DNA from: Mayamaea pseudoterrestris
Lineage: Eukaryota
Direction: 5' to 3'
Assembly: GCA_027923505.1 (NCBI GenBank)
Contig: BROI01000001.1
Location: 1,736,001-1,800,000 of the forward strand
DNA length: 64,000 nt
Part shown: piece after piece, positions 45,101 to 58,053 of the stretch
Numbering within the stretch: position 1 is the first letter of the stretch
Layout of the letters: each line of letters opens with the position of its first letter
Position numbers and translations under genes: made by a program
The notes under the pieces: generated by a model
What the model saw: the letters and a program-made list of their open reading frames with translations, nothing else
The model's database searches: none
What the model was told of the DNA's origin: nothing

Positions 45101-47801
45101 AGTTGTTGGCAAGGCAGTTGGTTTACCAGTGGGTACATCTGTGGGAGCTGCTGTTCGAGTGAGGGAGGGAGACACAGTAGGACTGACAGTTGGTGCATTG
45201 GTTGGCAATGCTGTGGGTCCAGCAGTGGGTGAAGTTGTTGGAACTTGCGTGGGTGCAGCGGTGGTTGGAGCAGCAGTTGGATGGCCAGTGGGAACCTTGG
45301 TTGGCAAAGCACTTGGACCAGCTGTTGGTGAAGAAGTTGGTAATGCAGTGGGTCCATCAGTGGGCAGACCAGTTGGAGGAACAGTGGGTACTGGTGTGGG
45401 AAGTGCTGTGGGTGACGCCGTTATTGGGGCTGCGGTTGGGTTGCCAGGCGTAGGTGTCGGAATGCCAGTGGGTGTTACAGTTGGTCCTTGGGAAGGATAA
45501 TCTGTGGGCAAACCAGTTGGTCCACCAGTTGGTGCATCTGTTGGAACTGCGGTGGGTTTGGCAGTGGGATGACTTGATGGCACAGCCGTTGGTGCAGCAG
45601 TTGGAATGTCTGTTGGAGAGGCTGTCGGTCCATCTGTAGGTGCTGCAGTGGGATTGCCAGTTGGATTACCTGTTGGCAAAGCAGTTGGGGCTACTGATGG
45701 TGCTTGCGTTGGTGCAACAGTGGGCAAGGCAGTTGGACTGTCTGTTGGTGCAGTTGTCGGCAAGGCAGTTGGTTTACCAGTGGGTACATCTGTGGGAGCT
45801 GCTGTTGGAGGGAGGGAGGGAGACACCGTAGGACTGACAGTTGGTGCATTGGTTGGCAATGCTGTGGGTCCAGCAGTGGGTGAAGTTGTTGGAACTGGCG
45901 TGGGTGCAGCGGTGGTTGGCAAAGCACTTGGACCAGCTGTTGGTGACTGTGTGGGAGCTACTGAGGGAGCAGCAGTGGTGGGAAATTCACTTGGTCCATC
46001 CGTGGGTGATGAAGTTGGTAGTGCAGTGGGTCCTTCCGTGGGCAGACCAGTTGGAGGAACAGTGGGTACTGGTGTGGGAATTGCTGTGGGTGACGCCGTT
46101 ACAGGTGAGATTGTCGGCAAATCATTTGGATTTTCAGTCGGTGTATTGTTCGGAGCTTGAGAGGGTTGATCAGTTGGTGCATCAGTGGGACTTGTCGTCG
46201 TGGAACTTGCTGGTAGGATTGTTGGTTCGCCAGCCGTCGGAGGACCAGTTGGTGCATCCGTCGATAGACTTGGCGGAGACAGTGTAGGCACTGTAGTCGC
46301 GTTTATCAATGGCAATGATGTTGAGGTTGGCAATACATCAGTGGGCACTTGTGTTGTTGCAGTCACTGAGTTACCATCTGGCTTATCTGTTGTGCTGTCC
46401 GATGATAATAATGTCGCGCTTGGTGTAGCAGTTACTTCGAAGGAAGCGACCGTTGGCACAGGTGATGAAGATACATCGGTTTCAAGTGACGGCATTTCAA
46501 GTGACGGCATTTCCGTCAGCGATTTTGCAATCTTGGCACTTGGCGATGCAGTGACATTATCAGGTAACGCTGCATTTGATGCACTGGGGTGGCCTGATGG
46601 ATTAAATGTCAGCGATGGTCTCGGACTGACGCTTGGTAGGGCATCCGTAGCTGCGGAAGGCAAACTTGGTGGAAGCAGAATTGGTATTCCGCTTGGCAAA
46701 GTCTTGCTTGGTGACAAGGTCGAGAAAGCTTGCACTGGCGCGCTATTAATAGCGGGAGACGACGATACCGAGTTCTGATGCGGTCCGTTGCTTCCAAAGT
46801 CGTTTGACACTGGCGACGGCATTATTGTAACCCAGCTCGGAACAATGCTGGGACTTGGAGTCGCCCCAAGTTCCGGGAACATATCGTTCTTCTCGTAGAC
46901 TATATCATTTCCAGCATCACCTTCATTGGAGGAATAGGTTGGCGGCTGGCTGTCACTCTGCCGTGCCAAGGACGCTAGATCCGACTTGCCAAGCACCGCG
47001 GTCGAAAGAATAGCCGCGATGGCAACAAAGGCTGCCACCACCATTGCCGCCTTGCCTAGCGCGCCGATTGCCGCGGGTGCCGTAGCTGCTGATGCCAATC
47101 CAGTGGAAGCCTGTCCAACGGCAGTGGCAGCGTTTCGCGCTGCCGAAATTGACATTTGGTTCAATGCCTTTTCGTAACTGCAATGAAACATAGAACAATT
47201 ATGGCACGTTAGAAGAAGCAGAAAATTAGCGTCATACACGCACGTCATGCAACGTTATCACATAGACTTACTTCATAGAGTATCGCATAAAGGCGCCTCC
47301 TCTCGATGACTCCTGCGCGGCGCTCTGCGTTCTGTTCAGCGTTGGTCGCTGCCGAGCGCTCTGCATGTGCGTTCGAATTCCAGCCGCAACGTCGTCATCG
47401 TAGTCATCGTCGCGCCCGTTCAAATGCGAAATGCCGCCAAGCACTGCCTTGGCGAACATGCTTGCTGATTGTTCACCAAGTATATTGTTGTTTGGAGTAT
47501 CGTCAAGTTGACTGTTTGATTCGAACACGTCGGACAAATTCATGGACTTTTCCAGGTTCGATGATGAAGCATACGCGTCGCTGCCGTCGTCGTCTTGTAA
47601 ACTATCAAAAAACATCATGCCGCTGCTATCCGTCAAATTGAACGATGAGTAGCCAAAGTCGCCGTCACCGCTCGAATCGGGGTCCCAGAATCCCGACAGC
47701 GAGTCTTCCGCAGAAAGGTCATCGTAAAGTCCATCGTTCAGCCATGACGCTGGAGGAATTATTGTTTCCAGTTGATCCGGCGGAGGAAAACTGACTGGCA
47801 T
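33172..47801 (-). CDS. Giant mucin-like Pro/Thr-rich type II membrane protein (intron 47271-47178); frame broken by a 6061-bp internal duplication
   Basis: Exon 1 (47801-47272) splices in frame (AA|GTAAGT...TGCAG|T) to the 2511-aa ORF. TM AAMVVAAFVAIAAILSTAVL, then the PT array, xPTK repeats and a Cys-rich tail. Removing one 6061-bp copy gives a continuous 2824-aa ORF. Confidence 0.8.
33330..33790 (-). repeat. 12-bp coding repeat encoding (xPTK)n, roughly 30 units
   Basis: Translation reads KPTKVPTKTPTKVPTKVPTKVPTKLPTKAPTKF..., with 12-nt periodicity. Confidence 0.9.
33798..45921. repeat. Tandem array of 639/651/663-bp coding units arranged as two near-identical 6061-bp blocks (33798-39858, 39859-45919)
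   Basis: Homologous shadow ORFs start at 34313, 34952, 35603, 36254, 36917, 37580, 38231, 38894 and 39545. Each recurs exactly +6061 with the same private variants. Confidence 0.97.
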
Positions 47802-48248
47802 GGCTGATTATTGTCGTGATGGTGTAAATGAGGAGTGCTCGTTGTAGAGAATCGCTTCCTTGCAATGGTGCGAAGAAGAGCAAGGTAACCAGTGAGCGTG
47901 TGGGTTGAGATGGTTGTTTCACGGCTCCGAGGGTCGTGCGGGCAATGTCATTTTGGTCATAGAATGACTATACGAGTTTCCGATTGACATATTTTCACTT
48001 AAGCCAATGACTGCACGGTTGAAGCGGGTTAATTAGCCGATCACGCATGAATAGCCCATTGTATGTGTGAACGCGAAAGATTGCAGAAGAAAGTTCCTCG
48101 GGATTTTTGGGAAGTGTGCCCCAGCTAATCGGAAATCGATTGGGTGTGATTGTGACGGTACAAACTCTTGGGAGGAGAAAGTCGGCGTATAACGAATGTT
48201 CGACGTAGTCCTTAACTTACAAGTCTTAGTATTACAGCAGCAGTATGT

Positions 48249-50771
48249 CTATCCTAAAGGCTGCGTTTGTATATGATGAGTTCGTCGCCGCCCTTCGGGT
48301 GGCGGTGACGAAAGTGCTTCCGTTGCGCCGCCAAGCAAATCCTTGCCTCCGTCAAACGAAAAGCCAAGAAACGTTTCTGCATTGAGCTCATCTTCCGCGT
48401 CGTCGGCTTCTGAATTCGTTTGATCTTCCGATTCAACAGGCATTCTTGTGAATGTATTGTCAAAATTGGCAGTGGCTGCGTCTAGTTCGCTGTCGTCCAT
48501 GACGCTTGACGTTGCGCGACTTCCAGGTGTATCATTCTCAGAATCTGGAGGCTTCCAGCCTTCGCAAGGCTTGATTGGAGAATCTATCCTTCTCGCGTAG
48601 AGGGCGCGCCAATTGATACTTCGATAAAAGTCATGCTCCATTGCAGATCGAATTCCAGCTACACCGAGTCGACGATGAGGATTCCGTTCCAATAGGGCGC
48701 TGACACAATCACTGGCCTGCACACTAAAGTATGTAGGAACATCAAGAGGTGCACTCTTGAGCCGACGAAAAAGTTTCGCTCGGTCTGTCGTGTACCAGGG
48801 TGGTAGACCAGTCATCATTTCGTACGTTAGCATTCCTAGACCCCAATAGTCAACACAAAAGCCATGGCCTTGCTGCGACAAAATCTCCGGGCTGCGAAGA
48901 ACATGCAAAACAATGAGGCATCATTGTAGAACAAATATATTCATCTGTAGCTGCATGACACATACCTCATGTATTCAGGCGTGCCGCACATGGATATTGC
49001 TCCCTCGCATGGATGAGTAATTCCAGTTTTCGCAAGCCCAAAGTCACCAAGCTTGACGTGCCCGTCGGCGTCAATGAGCACATTCTCGGGCTGGTTTGAA
49101 TGCGCGATGAGATTAGCAGAATGTAAGCAAACCGTTTTTAACATGAACATAGCTCGCCGTTGTCAGTAAACTTGCCTTTAAATCTCGATAGATAATACCT
49201 CGCTTATGCAAATGGCCAATTGCAAGAAGGAGTTCGGCCGAAAAGAACCTTGCCACTCGTTCCGGAAATCGCCGGAATCGTGACAAGTGGAAGAAAAGTT
49301 CACCGCCAGGACAGTAGTCGAGCACTAGATATAACTTTGACTCGGTTTGAAATGCGTAATGTAGCTTCATAATAAACGGGTGATTGACTGCCGACAGGAC
49401 TTGACGTTCCGTTCGCGTCCGGTCAATTTGTCGTCGCTTGACGAGATATGTTTTGCGGAGAATCTTCATGGCAAACAAATGGCCGCATTCCTTGCCATGT
49501 TGTTTTTGTACAAGTATTACCTGAAACAAAGCGAATGTGAGGCGAAACATAGTCAAAGACAGACGAGCCATTTCGCCATCCACAAAAAAGCAGTTTACCT
49601 TTCCAAAGGATCCCTTGCCGAGTACTCGTAGCATGGAAAACATTTTCAAATCGGGCTTGTCCATATACATGGCATCCAGCGGTAGTTCCGAGTCTAAAAA
49701 ATCTGGCGGCATGGCAAACGGAGCTTGCTGCTTCACTCGTGGAGGTGTCGTCATTGACGCATACTCTGGCGTTATTATTTGCTGTTGCGCTGGTGGTTGC
49801 TTTACGTCGTACTGCTGCATTGGCGCTTGCTGAAGCTGCTGATGTTGCGGTGAATGAGGCGTGACAACATGTATAGCGTCAATCGCAGTTTCATCGCTTT
49901 GTTCGTGATCGCCTTCTTCTTCCTCCTCGTCTTCGTCATCATCATCCGCGTCCCACTGATGCTCCCAGTCGCCTTCCGGAGCCTTGTCCGCTGCAGTCTT
50001 GCTGCCAAACTTGGCGCTCAAGTTCAAGTTGCGCATGCCTTGAATCAAGGCGGCGCCGCGAGCACCAGCCCGGCCTGCCAAGACGCCGCCGCGCTTGGAT
50101 GGTGTATTGTTATTATTTGAAGATGATGATGCTGCTGCTGAATAAGTAGTAGTCGGAGGCTTTTGACTGGAATTGGTATTTGTTGCGTGCTGGGCAGGAA
50201 ACCCTTTGTCATGCAAGCTGTCACCGCCATCATGGTACGCATAGTTTGAATTTGGTATCATGTTCGTCGATGCTGCAGTCATTGACGGTGGTCCAAACTG
50301 TAACGCTGCGTCGTCAAAGCTTTGATGCTCGAAATCTGGTGGTTGCTGGTAATATTGCATCTGCTGCGTCGACGTCAAGGGGTAAACGCTACCGGAAGAC
50401 TCGCTCGTTGATTGCTGCTGTTGTTGCAAATTATTCCATTGCGGAGGCTCCGAGTATAAACTTGGAGGCGGTGGCGGCGGCGGAGGGCTGCGTGAACCTT
50501 CGTTGCGTGCAAAATTCGTCGGTGAACTGCCTCCATTCGCCATGGATTGTTGCTCAACCGCCCCAGATTCTCCATCTTTTGTATTTATTGCATCTTGCTT
50601 GTTTTGTACATTATTATTGCCTGTAGAGTTGCTTCCATTCGCTGCTGCATGGTGGTGGCTGTTTCGAAACTTTTTCATCGACCGACGCATTCCTCCATGC
50701 GGCAGCGGCGCGACGCGTCCCTGCTCCTCCAAGGCTTCCGCATCCGCTGGCAGGGATGCTTCCTGTCCCAT
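48249..50771 (-). CDS. AGC-family Ser/Thr kinase (S6K/Akt/SGK-like; exons 50771-49599, 49520-49176, 49090-48966, 48891-48249; ~761 aa)
   Basis: LGKGSFGKV, AMKIL, YRDLK|PEN, GDFG, CGTPEYMSPE and DYWGLG motifs; hydrophobic motif FLGFSF; long low-complexity N-terminus. Confidence 0.93.
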
Positions 50772-51098
50772 GCTTTTGCGAAAAGCAGTATTTCAATCGA
50801 CTATGTAGCAAACGACAATTTCTTCGAATTCAAAGGAATATAAAGATTCGGAAGCCCCTCTGATATCTTGCTTGCCTGGGATCAGCAGAAAGATGACCCA
50901 CGACGCAAGGAGGCTCCTGAAAAATTTCTTAGTGTCAAATTCTATAACTATATCATAAACAGTTGCTCTCAATGTCGCTCGTCGGCAGGCTGCTTTGTCG
51001 TCTTCGTCGTGGTGAAAGGGTGTTTGCGGTGTTGCGCCGCCGCTATGGAGATGAGCGCGTCTCCGCGCGTGCGCAACGGCCACGAGTTCACTTATGTT

Positions 51099-51137
51099 GT
51101 GACGTCACGCGACTGACGGACAGACGACGCGTGACGC
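51099..51137. promoter_or_regulatory. bZIP/CRE-like palindrome GTGACGTCAC plus TGACG half-sites in the divergent kinase/H4 promoter
   Basis: Perfect 10-bp palindrome at 51099-51108 and further TGACG at 51114 and 51132, about 110-145 nt upstream of the H4 ATG. Confidence 0.4.
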
Positions 51138-51174
51138 ATAATCTTGCAGCCGCAGCACAATCAAGCTTTTGTGA

Positions 51175-51645
<471 letters not shown>

Positions 51646-52316
51646 TGAAATGGTAAGAGAAGCGGTAGTTGTTGTCGTCAGGTGTCGGCCGTCGATCCAA
51701 GTGTCGAAACGTTTGCAGTAGTACGGCGGTTTGCATGGTCAGAGTAATTTAAAAGAAATTCATACTTTAGCGAATCAATTGTTTGTAACTTGGTTTATGA
51801 TTTGCAATGTATGAAATGTACAAGAAGTTGGAGTCTTTTGTTGTGGTGGGTTGGAAACCAACGGCTCGTTTGCTCCTTTTTTTGAAATGGGCTAAAAGAA
51901 GTACCGGTGGGCACATCTTTGCATTGAACCATGCACAACTACTTGGCAACGCGGATCACACGGTACATGCCAGCGTCGGTGGTTTAAATCAATCACAATA
52001 TCGTTGATTGACTTAAGTGCAAGCATGTTATCAGAAGCTTTAGCACTTCTCTACGGCAATATCGAAATTCAAGCGCAACATTGACTAACTGTAACTACGT
52101 CACATATTTTTGTTCGCTCTTGCTTCTTATTCTATCAAATATGTACTCGTTACCAAGCAACTTGTTGAAGAAGGACGTTCAATAAGCGTGACATAGCTAA
52201 CCAACTGCTGATCATTGGCTCACTTAAGGTTTCCCGCGTCGAGCCATATTCACTTACATCGTTACAGTACCAAACGTACGTAGGCTATACATACATGCCA
52301 TTCAGTACTTGCTTGA

Positions 52317-52830
<514 letters not shown>

Positions 52831-52864
52831 TCAGATTACCCCGCCTTCTACACCTAAGAATACA

Positions 52865-52890
52865 AACAAACCGCCATTTATAAATGGCAC
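52865..52890 (+). other. Histone-type 3' stem-loop after second H4 (GCCATT-TATA-AATGGC, 52873-52888)
   Basis: 42 nt after the stop codon; matches the H1 element except for one loop base. Confidence 0.8.
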
Positions 52891-53299
52891 TCATTTTGCT
52901 ACTATAACCAACTCAGTTACTTTTACCAAACATATTCTATGCATCATTTGCCAGTACTTTTACTTTACAATGTAGCTGCGACGACAAGACCTTGATAAGG
53001 CAGTCTTCTTTTCAGTTCTCCCCAAATAATAGCTTGCTGCATGGAATGGAAGCAAATGGATGATTAAATACGGGTAGTCGTCCTCCAACGCCAATCCGCC
53101 TCAGAAGCTCAGTCTGCATGTACCGGGATACTACAAGATGCAATAATGTTTTGCTACGCAATGGGGACTGTCTAGTATGTATCATATCGGTACAAGTGAC
53201 GAGATAGAACCATACCCAAAGACCAGCGCTTCTGCTTCAGCACGATATTTATATGTAAGAGCACGACAACGCACCACCTGACAATTACGCCATGCGCTG

Positions 53300-53998
53300 T
53301 CAATCCAACGGCATATGCGCCAGCAACGCCAAGACCGTCTGTTTGGCTTCCTTTCGCGCCACGGCCAAGGTATGACTTTGAATCACATGCGCCAGCGCTT
53401 GCAGGCCACCATCCTGGACAACCTTGGGCGCAAGATGCGCATGAAAGCTTGCCTTGAACATGAGTTTGGAGCCCCAGATTTGAATCTTGTTGTGGGCTTG
53501 GAAGCGGTTCATTGCTTCCAAAACGACTCGCAAACCTGCGTCATTGACGATTCGCTCCAGATTAGGCAGGCAAGTGCTGCTCATATTGTTGAGCGCAATG
53601 ATTCCAGTTTCCACGCGCGTCGCGTCTTGGGGGAATCGACGCAAAAAAGCAGTCACCACTTCCACCAAGCCAACCTCGCTGGGTATCAACGGATTGGTAA
53701 ATGACGCATTGCACAGAGCGCGAACGCTTTCTTGTTGAATGCCAAGACTGTCTGGCCATTTCTCCATAATCAAGACAACTGTCGAATATCCACCCGACAA
53801 GACAAAGTCCTTTCGATGCTTCTCCGCGTTTGCATCGGTGGACTTGCAACGCAAGGTAAGCTCCTTGAGCGTCTCGTGGACGACGGACCCTTGGTCGGAA
53901 TGGAGCCGTCGCATGACGAGGATTGGAATTTCCCCAAGGTTCAACTTGGCAGTGCCATTCGTCGGCGTCGTTGCAACCTCTGTCTTGACTCCATTCAT
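53300..53998 (-). CDS. ARM-repeat-like helical protein
   Basis: Repeating GG..VV..M..(W/F)P...IQ..G..AL.N pattern (GGYSTVVLIMEKWPDSLGIQ; AGLRVVLEAMNRFQAHNKIQIWG). Start assigned to MNGVK. Confidence 0.7.
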   Translation of the reverse strand: MNGVKTEVATTPTNGTAKLNLGEIPILVMRRLHSDQGSVVHETLKELTLRCKSTDANAEKHRKDFVLSGGYSTVVLIMEKWPDSLGIQQESVRALCNASFTNPLIPSEVGLVEVVTAFLRRFPQDATRVETGIIALNNMSSTCLPNLERIVNDAGLRVVLEAMNRFQAHNKIQIWGSKLMFKASFHAHLAPKVVQDGGLQALAHVIQSHTLAVARKEAKQTVLALLAHMPLD

Positions 53999-54085
53999 GT
54001 TAGTGGACCGACTTGCCTGCTTGAAGCGAGGGGCGAACGTGAGGCAAGCGATGTGAGACATATATACTGCATGGTAAGTGATTAA

Positions 54086-54143
54086 GCTTAACGATCACCA
54101 GCATGAGTTCGAATGCTTAACGATCACCAGCATGATTTCGAAT
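54086..54143. repeat. 29-bp direct tandem duplication (1 mismatch) in a divergent promoter
   Basis: gcttaacgatcaccagcatga(g/t)ttcgaat occurs twice. Confidence 0.9.
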
Positions 54144-54569
54144 GTTGACAATGGCGCCTTTGTTTTGCGCGGGACGCTTCATAACCTGGTCGCCGCGTTT
54201 GCCAACAAGCAGAACATGGTGCGGAAATCGCTCATTCACTGTCAGCATTCGCGCAATGCTTAGCAATATCCACATCTAACAATGACTTACAAAGGAAATA
54301 AAGATGCTGGAAGGATGTTAATGGTCTTGATTCAAAGGACGAATCAATCAACTAGCAAATGTGCAGGAAGAATAAGAATGACCGATGGCGGCTTGGCGAA
54401 AAGTGAAAAGGTCGCAGCGGTATTGCGACCGTATACCGCTACGACGAGAAAACTTGATCATCGATTCAGCAGCTTCGACGCGAGCCAAAGAAGCCAACGA
54501 AAGCATCATGCTTCCTGCAAGAGACACGCAATCGTCGTTTGCAAGCCTATCAAGAAGCAAGCAAACAAG

Positions 54570-56283
54570 ATGAAATTGTTAAGCTTATTTGTCATGGCAG
54601 CGAGTCGCTCCTCCTGCCATGCCCTCTCAATGACCTCGTCGGCAGTGACGAGAGCAGCTCCTGCTGCTGCATCCACCACAAAGTCATTCAATCAGCGAGC
54701 CCTCTCCGAGCTGCCTCCCTTTCCTCGAACATGGGTTCCCCTTGGATCCACTTTTGAAATGGACGGCTCGCGTCCCAACAAGGTGGAGTTTCTCGGACAG
54801 TCCTACGTTTGCTACCAGAGCGATGTCAACGACAAGAACTCGTGGGCCGTCGTGGATGACGCCTGTTCCCATCGGCTTGCGCCACTCTCGGAAGGACGAG
54901 TCATTACGACAGAGGCTGACACTGGAAATGAAATCAAAATCAAAGATTTAAAGAAAAACAAGCAACATGGTGAAACACGTCGCCTATTGGAATGCGCCTA
55001 CCACGGCTGGGCCTTTGACGCGAACGGCAAATGCACGCGCATTCCGCAAGCCACGCTGGAGCTGCAGGAGCGAACCATTCGAAACAACCCAAAGTGCCAC
55101 GTGCAAGGCTACTCGACGCGCGTTTCCAAAAACATACTCTTTGCGTGGCTGTGGCCCGAGGACTGTTTGGAATATATAAATGACAAGTGGCGGCAGCCAG
55201 AGTATTGGACCAAGGACATGCTGGAGAATGTAAATACGTATACGCGCGATTCGCAGTATGGCTGGGATACCTTGCTGGAGAATATTGTGGATCAGTCGCA
55301 TATTCCGTGGGTAAGTCGGGTGTTTTCGTTTGGACAAGTGCTGCCCTGAAGTAAAATGATTGAAACGACTCATCTTTGCAACCGCCCCTTCATTCGCGTG
55401 CAAACAGGTTCATCATGGCCTGCAGGGCACGCGTGACGACTCCAGTATAATGAATATGACAGTCATTGGTAGTTCAACAGAACAAGGAATGGACTTTACC
55501 TTTCAGGACAGGACCAAGGCGTATGAGCGACGAGGTGTGATTCAGTTCAAGGCACCCTGCCACATGTCACTGAGCGCGCAGCGCAAACCAAACGGCAAGA
55601 ATGACTGGGAACACTTTTTCACCATGAACCTTTTTGCTATTCCCACCAAGCCGGGATATAGTCGTTTAATCTCCACCGTAGGGAGCGCCAAACCAATGAA
55701 CGCCAGCATGTTTGGAGAAGAGGAAGCGGCACCAACGGCTGTCAAGCCACGGCGGTCGCTGTTCATTGCCATTTTTCGTCGTATTCCACGGTGGATGGCG
55801 CATCAGTTTACGAACCGCATTGTTGACTCGGATGTTATCACGCTGCACAAGCAGGAGCAGGAGCGAGCGAAACGTGGAGTGGACTATGAGAACTATTGCA
55901 TGCCGGCGTCGTCGGATCGATGCATCGCTCCGATCCGTCGATGGGTTTTGAAGCACGCTCACATTCCATCGCTATCGACAAGAAGTGATGACGGCGGTGC
56001 TACTGCTGGCCGGGTGGTTATACCAGAACCTCCAAGTCAGCGAAGCGCCTTGTTTGACCGCTGGGCGCAGCATTCGGACCAGTGCAAGCACTGCCATGGA
56101 GCGTTTGACGGTATACAAAAGTGGCGTCGTAACAATTTTCTAGTCATGGCCGCCAGCATTCTCTTGGCCAGGCACATGGCGGCTCGCGTCGTACTTGTTG
56201 GTAGCTTTGCCATGTGGCGACTCCTGCAAGCGGCGGAAAAGTCAATTACCACGGGTGAATGCGACCATTACAAGAATCACTAG
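54570..56283 (+). CDS. Rieske [2Fe-2S]/mononuclear-iron oxygenase, PAO/TIC55/PTC52 family (intron 55311-55407; ~538 aa)
   Basis: CSHRLAPLSEG...ECAYHGW Rieske motif; ENIVDQSHIPW|VHHG iron motif; C-terminal HSDQCKHC; signal-like N-terminus. Confidence 0.9.
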
Positions 56284-57269
56284 TCAAGTTGGTGCATGGA
56301 ACTACCCCACTTGCATCTGCACAGGCTAATGGATACTATGTGTAATAGATAGACACCTTCACAAAATTAGTTATGACGCAAGTCGCAATTCCGAATAGAG
56401 ATACACGTTAGCATCGAGCCGAACCACCGTACACCGGTAGCTGAGGCAAGCCGTAACATGCCGCTTTCTTCATTCGTATCTCGCGCTTTCATATACACTT
56501 ACTAGTATTGCCTGGCATGCTCGCTTTCAAGCGAAATGTTTGCGCTCGTTTGAATGACTTGTCGCATGTTGCCAGCGAAACCATGTGTCGTCGATAGTAC
56601 CATAAAGAATACTTAGCATTATAGTTGTGTAAGTGCCTTGTTCACAAGCGCAGTTTCAAGGAAACATTGAATGGAAAAGACTTTTTGACGAAGGCGTCAG
56701 CCTTGCCGGGGCCATTTGTAGTAGCAATTTGTGGTGCGTCTATTTTGATACGTTAAAATGAACGCAACCATCTGCGGATTGAGGTCCATTTGCTCTATAG
56801 CGTAGACTGTCGGTCAACAAACAAAGACATGGCTTGCTAGTACTTTGCTCGGTCGCTGATCTTGCAAGCATGCTTCGCCGCAACACACCATTCTCACCAA
56901 CACGGTTCATCACTCGTTCTTCACAAAACACTTTTTCAAATCAGTTGCAATGGCAAGAATTACGACAAACCAGTAAAAGTAGCAGTCGAGCATGTACGCC
57001 ACGTTGCTCCAATGGCCGACTAAATCGCAAACAACACTTTCCATCGGCGCATTGTCAGTGAGGTGAACATTTAGGGGAACCAACATGTACCAAACTACCC
57101 ACACGAAACATATCCACTTGTAGTAATGACATTGCTTGTCGTGTGCATATACATGGGCGAATTGATGGATCGAGTTGGGGGCCGTCGTGGAAACGTGCGC
57201 CGGTGGCTGTTGTGGGTCTGCGGCGTTTCCTGAAACTCTTGGTAGCGTGGATTGAATCAAGAGGGATCC

Positions 57270-57911
57270 TCATCTTGTCTGAGTATTAGTAAAAGGCGGT
57301 TGCTCTTTCTCCATATGGACGTAGTCTTGAGCTTGAGCAGCAACGGTGACTTGTGTTGGTGACGATTGAGCCGTTTCCTCATCGGCAGTGGTTACGTCCG
57401 TGGTGCCAACGGATCGTTTAGCCTCGAATCTGTCTGCAATGAAAGTTTTAATCCTATCTTCCGCCTCGTAACTCACGTCAAGCTTGTAAGCGAGCAAACA
57501 CATGCCGGTAACGTGACACATGGCAAACACTCCGCCAACCACTAGCCACCACGTGTTGCGGCAACCAAGGCCAACACATAGAGTCCACACTGCCCAAACG
57601 ACAATTGGAAGGTTCATAGCAAACGTCACGACTAGTACGAGAAGGAAGAATGGACAGGCGCAAATGTATCTATTTTAGTGTAAATAGGCAAGGTGAGGAT
57701 AATGTCATTAGCAAGCAAGCAAGCTCTAAACTTGCGGCTGCAACGCGGCAATTATTCAAACAAGTTACCTCGCGACACCATTGACAGCTCGATGAGCATA
57801 CTTTAGCGCGAGCGACACCATGGTTGCAACTTATCTGTGACCAAAGCAAAAGGGTGGCGCAAACGCAAATCAACTTACATCAACAATTCGTCGCAAATCG
57901 CCGATTGGCAT
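57270..57911 (-). CDS. Small membrane protein (tentative exons 57911-57879, 57800-57769, 57669-57270; ~154 aa)
   Basis: Two to three hydrophobic segments in the last exon. The 5' exons are inferred from GTAAGT/GTAACT donors that join in frame. Confidence 0.45.
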
Positions 57912-58053
57912 GCGTGTCGTAACGGTACACAGATGATCCCGTGACGACCCTCGCCACCATGGAGATTTCGCCGCCACTACAAGCCGCATTCAAAAGCCCA
58001 AATTTGAAGCTCGCAATCGCTCTCTGGCCTTGACCGCTTGTCAAGGAATAAAA

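Noticed and set aside
33798..45921. Possible CRISPR-like array
   Set aside because: There is no repeat-unique spacer alternation; the units are contiguous coding repeats in a eukaryotic gene and no cas genes are present.
33401..46778. Dozens of + strand Val/Gly-rich ORFs and Gln/Leu-rich alternate-frame ORFs
   Set aside because: They are antisense or frame shadows of the Pro/Thr coding repeat and recur with the repeat period.
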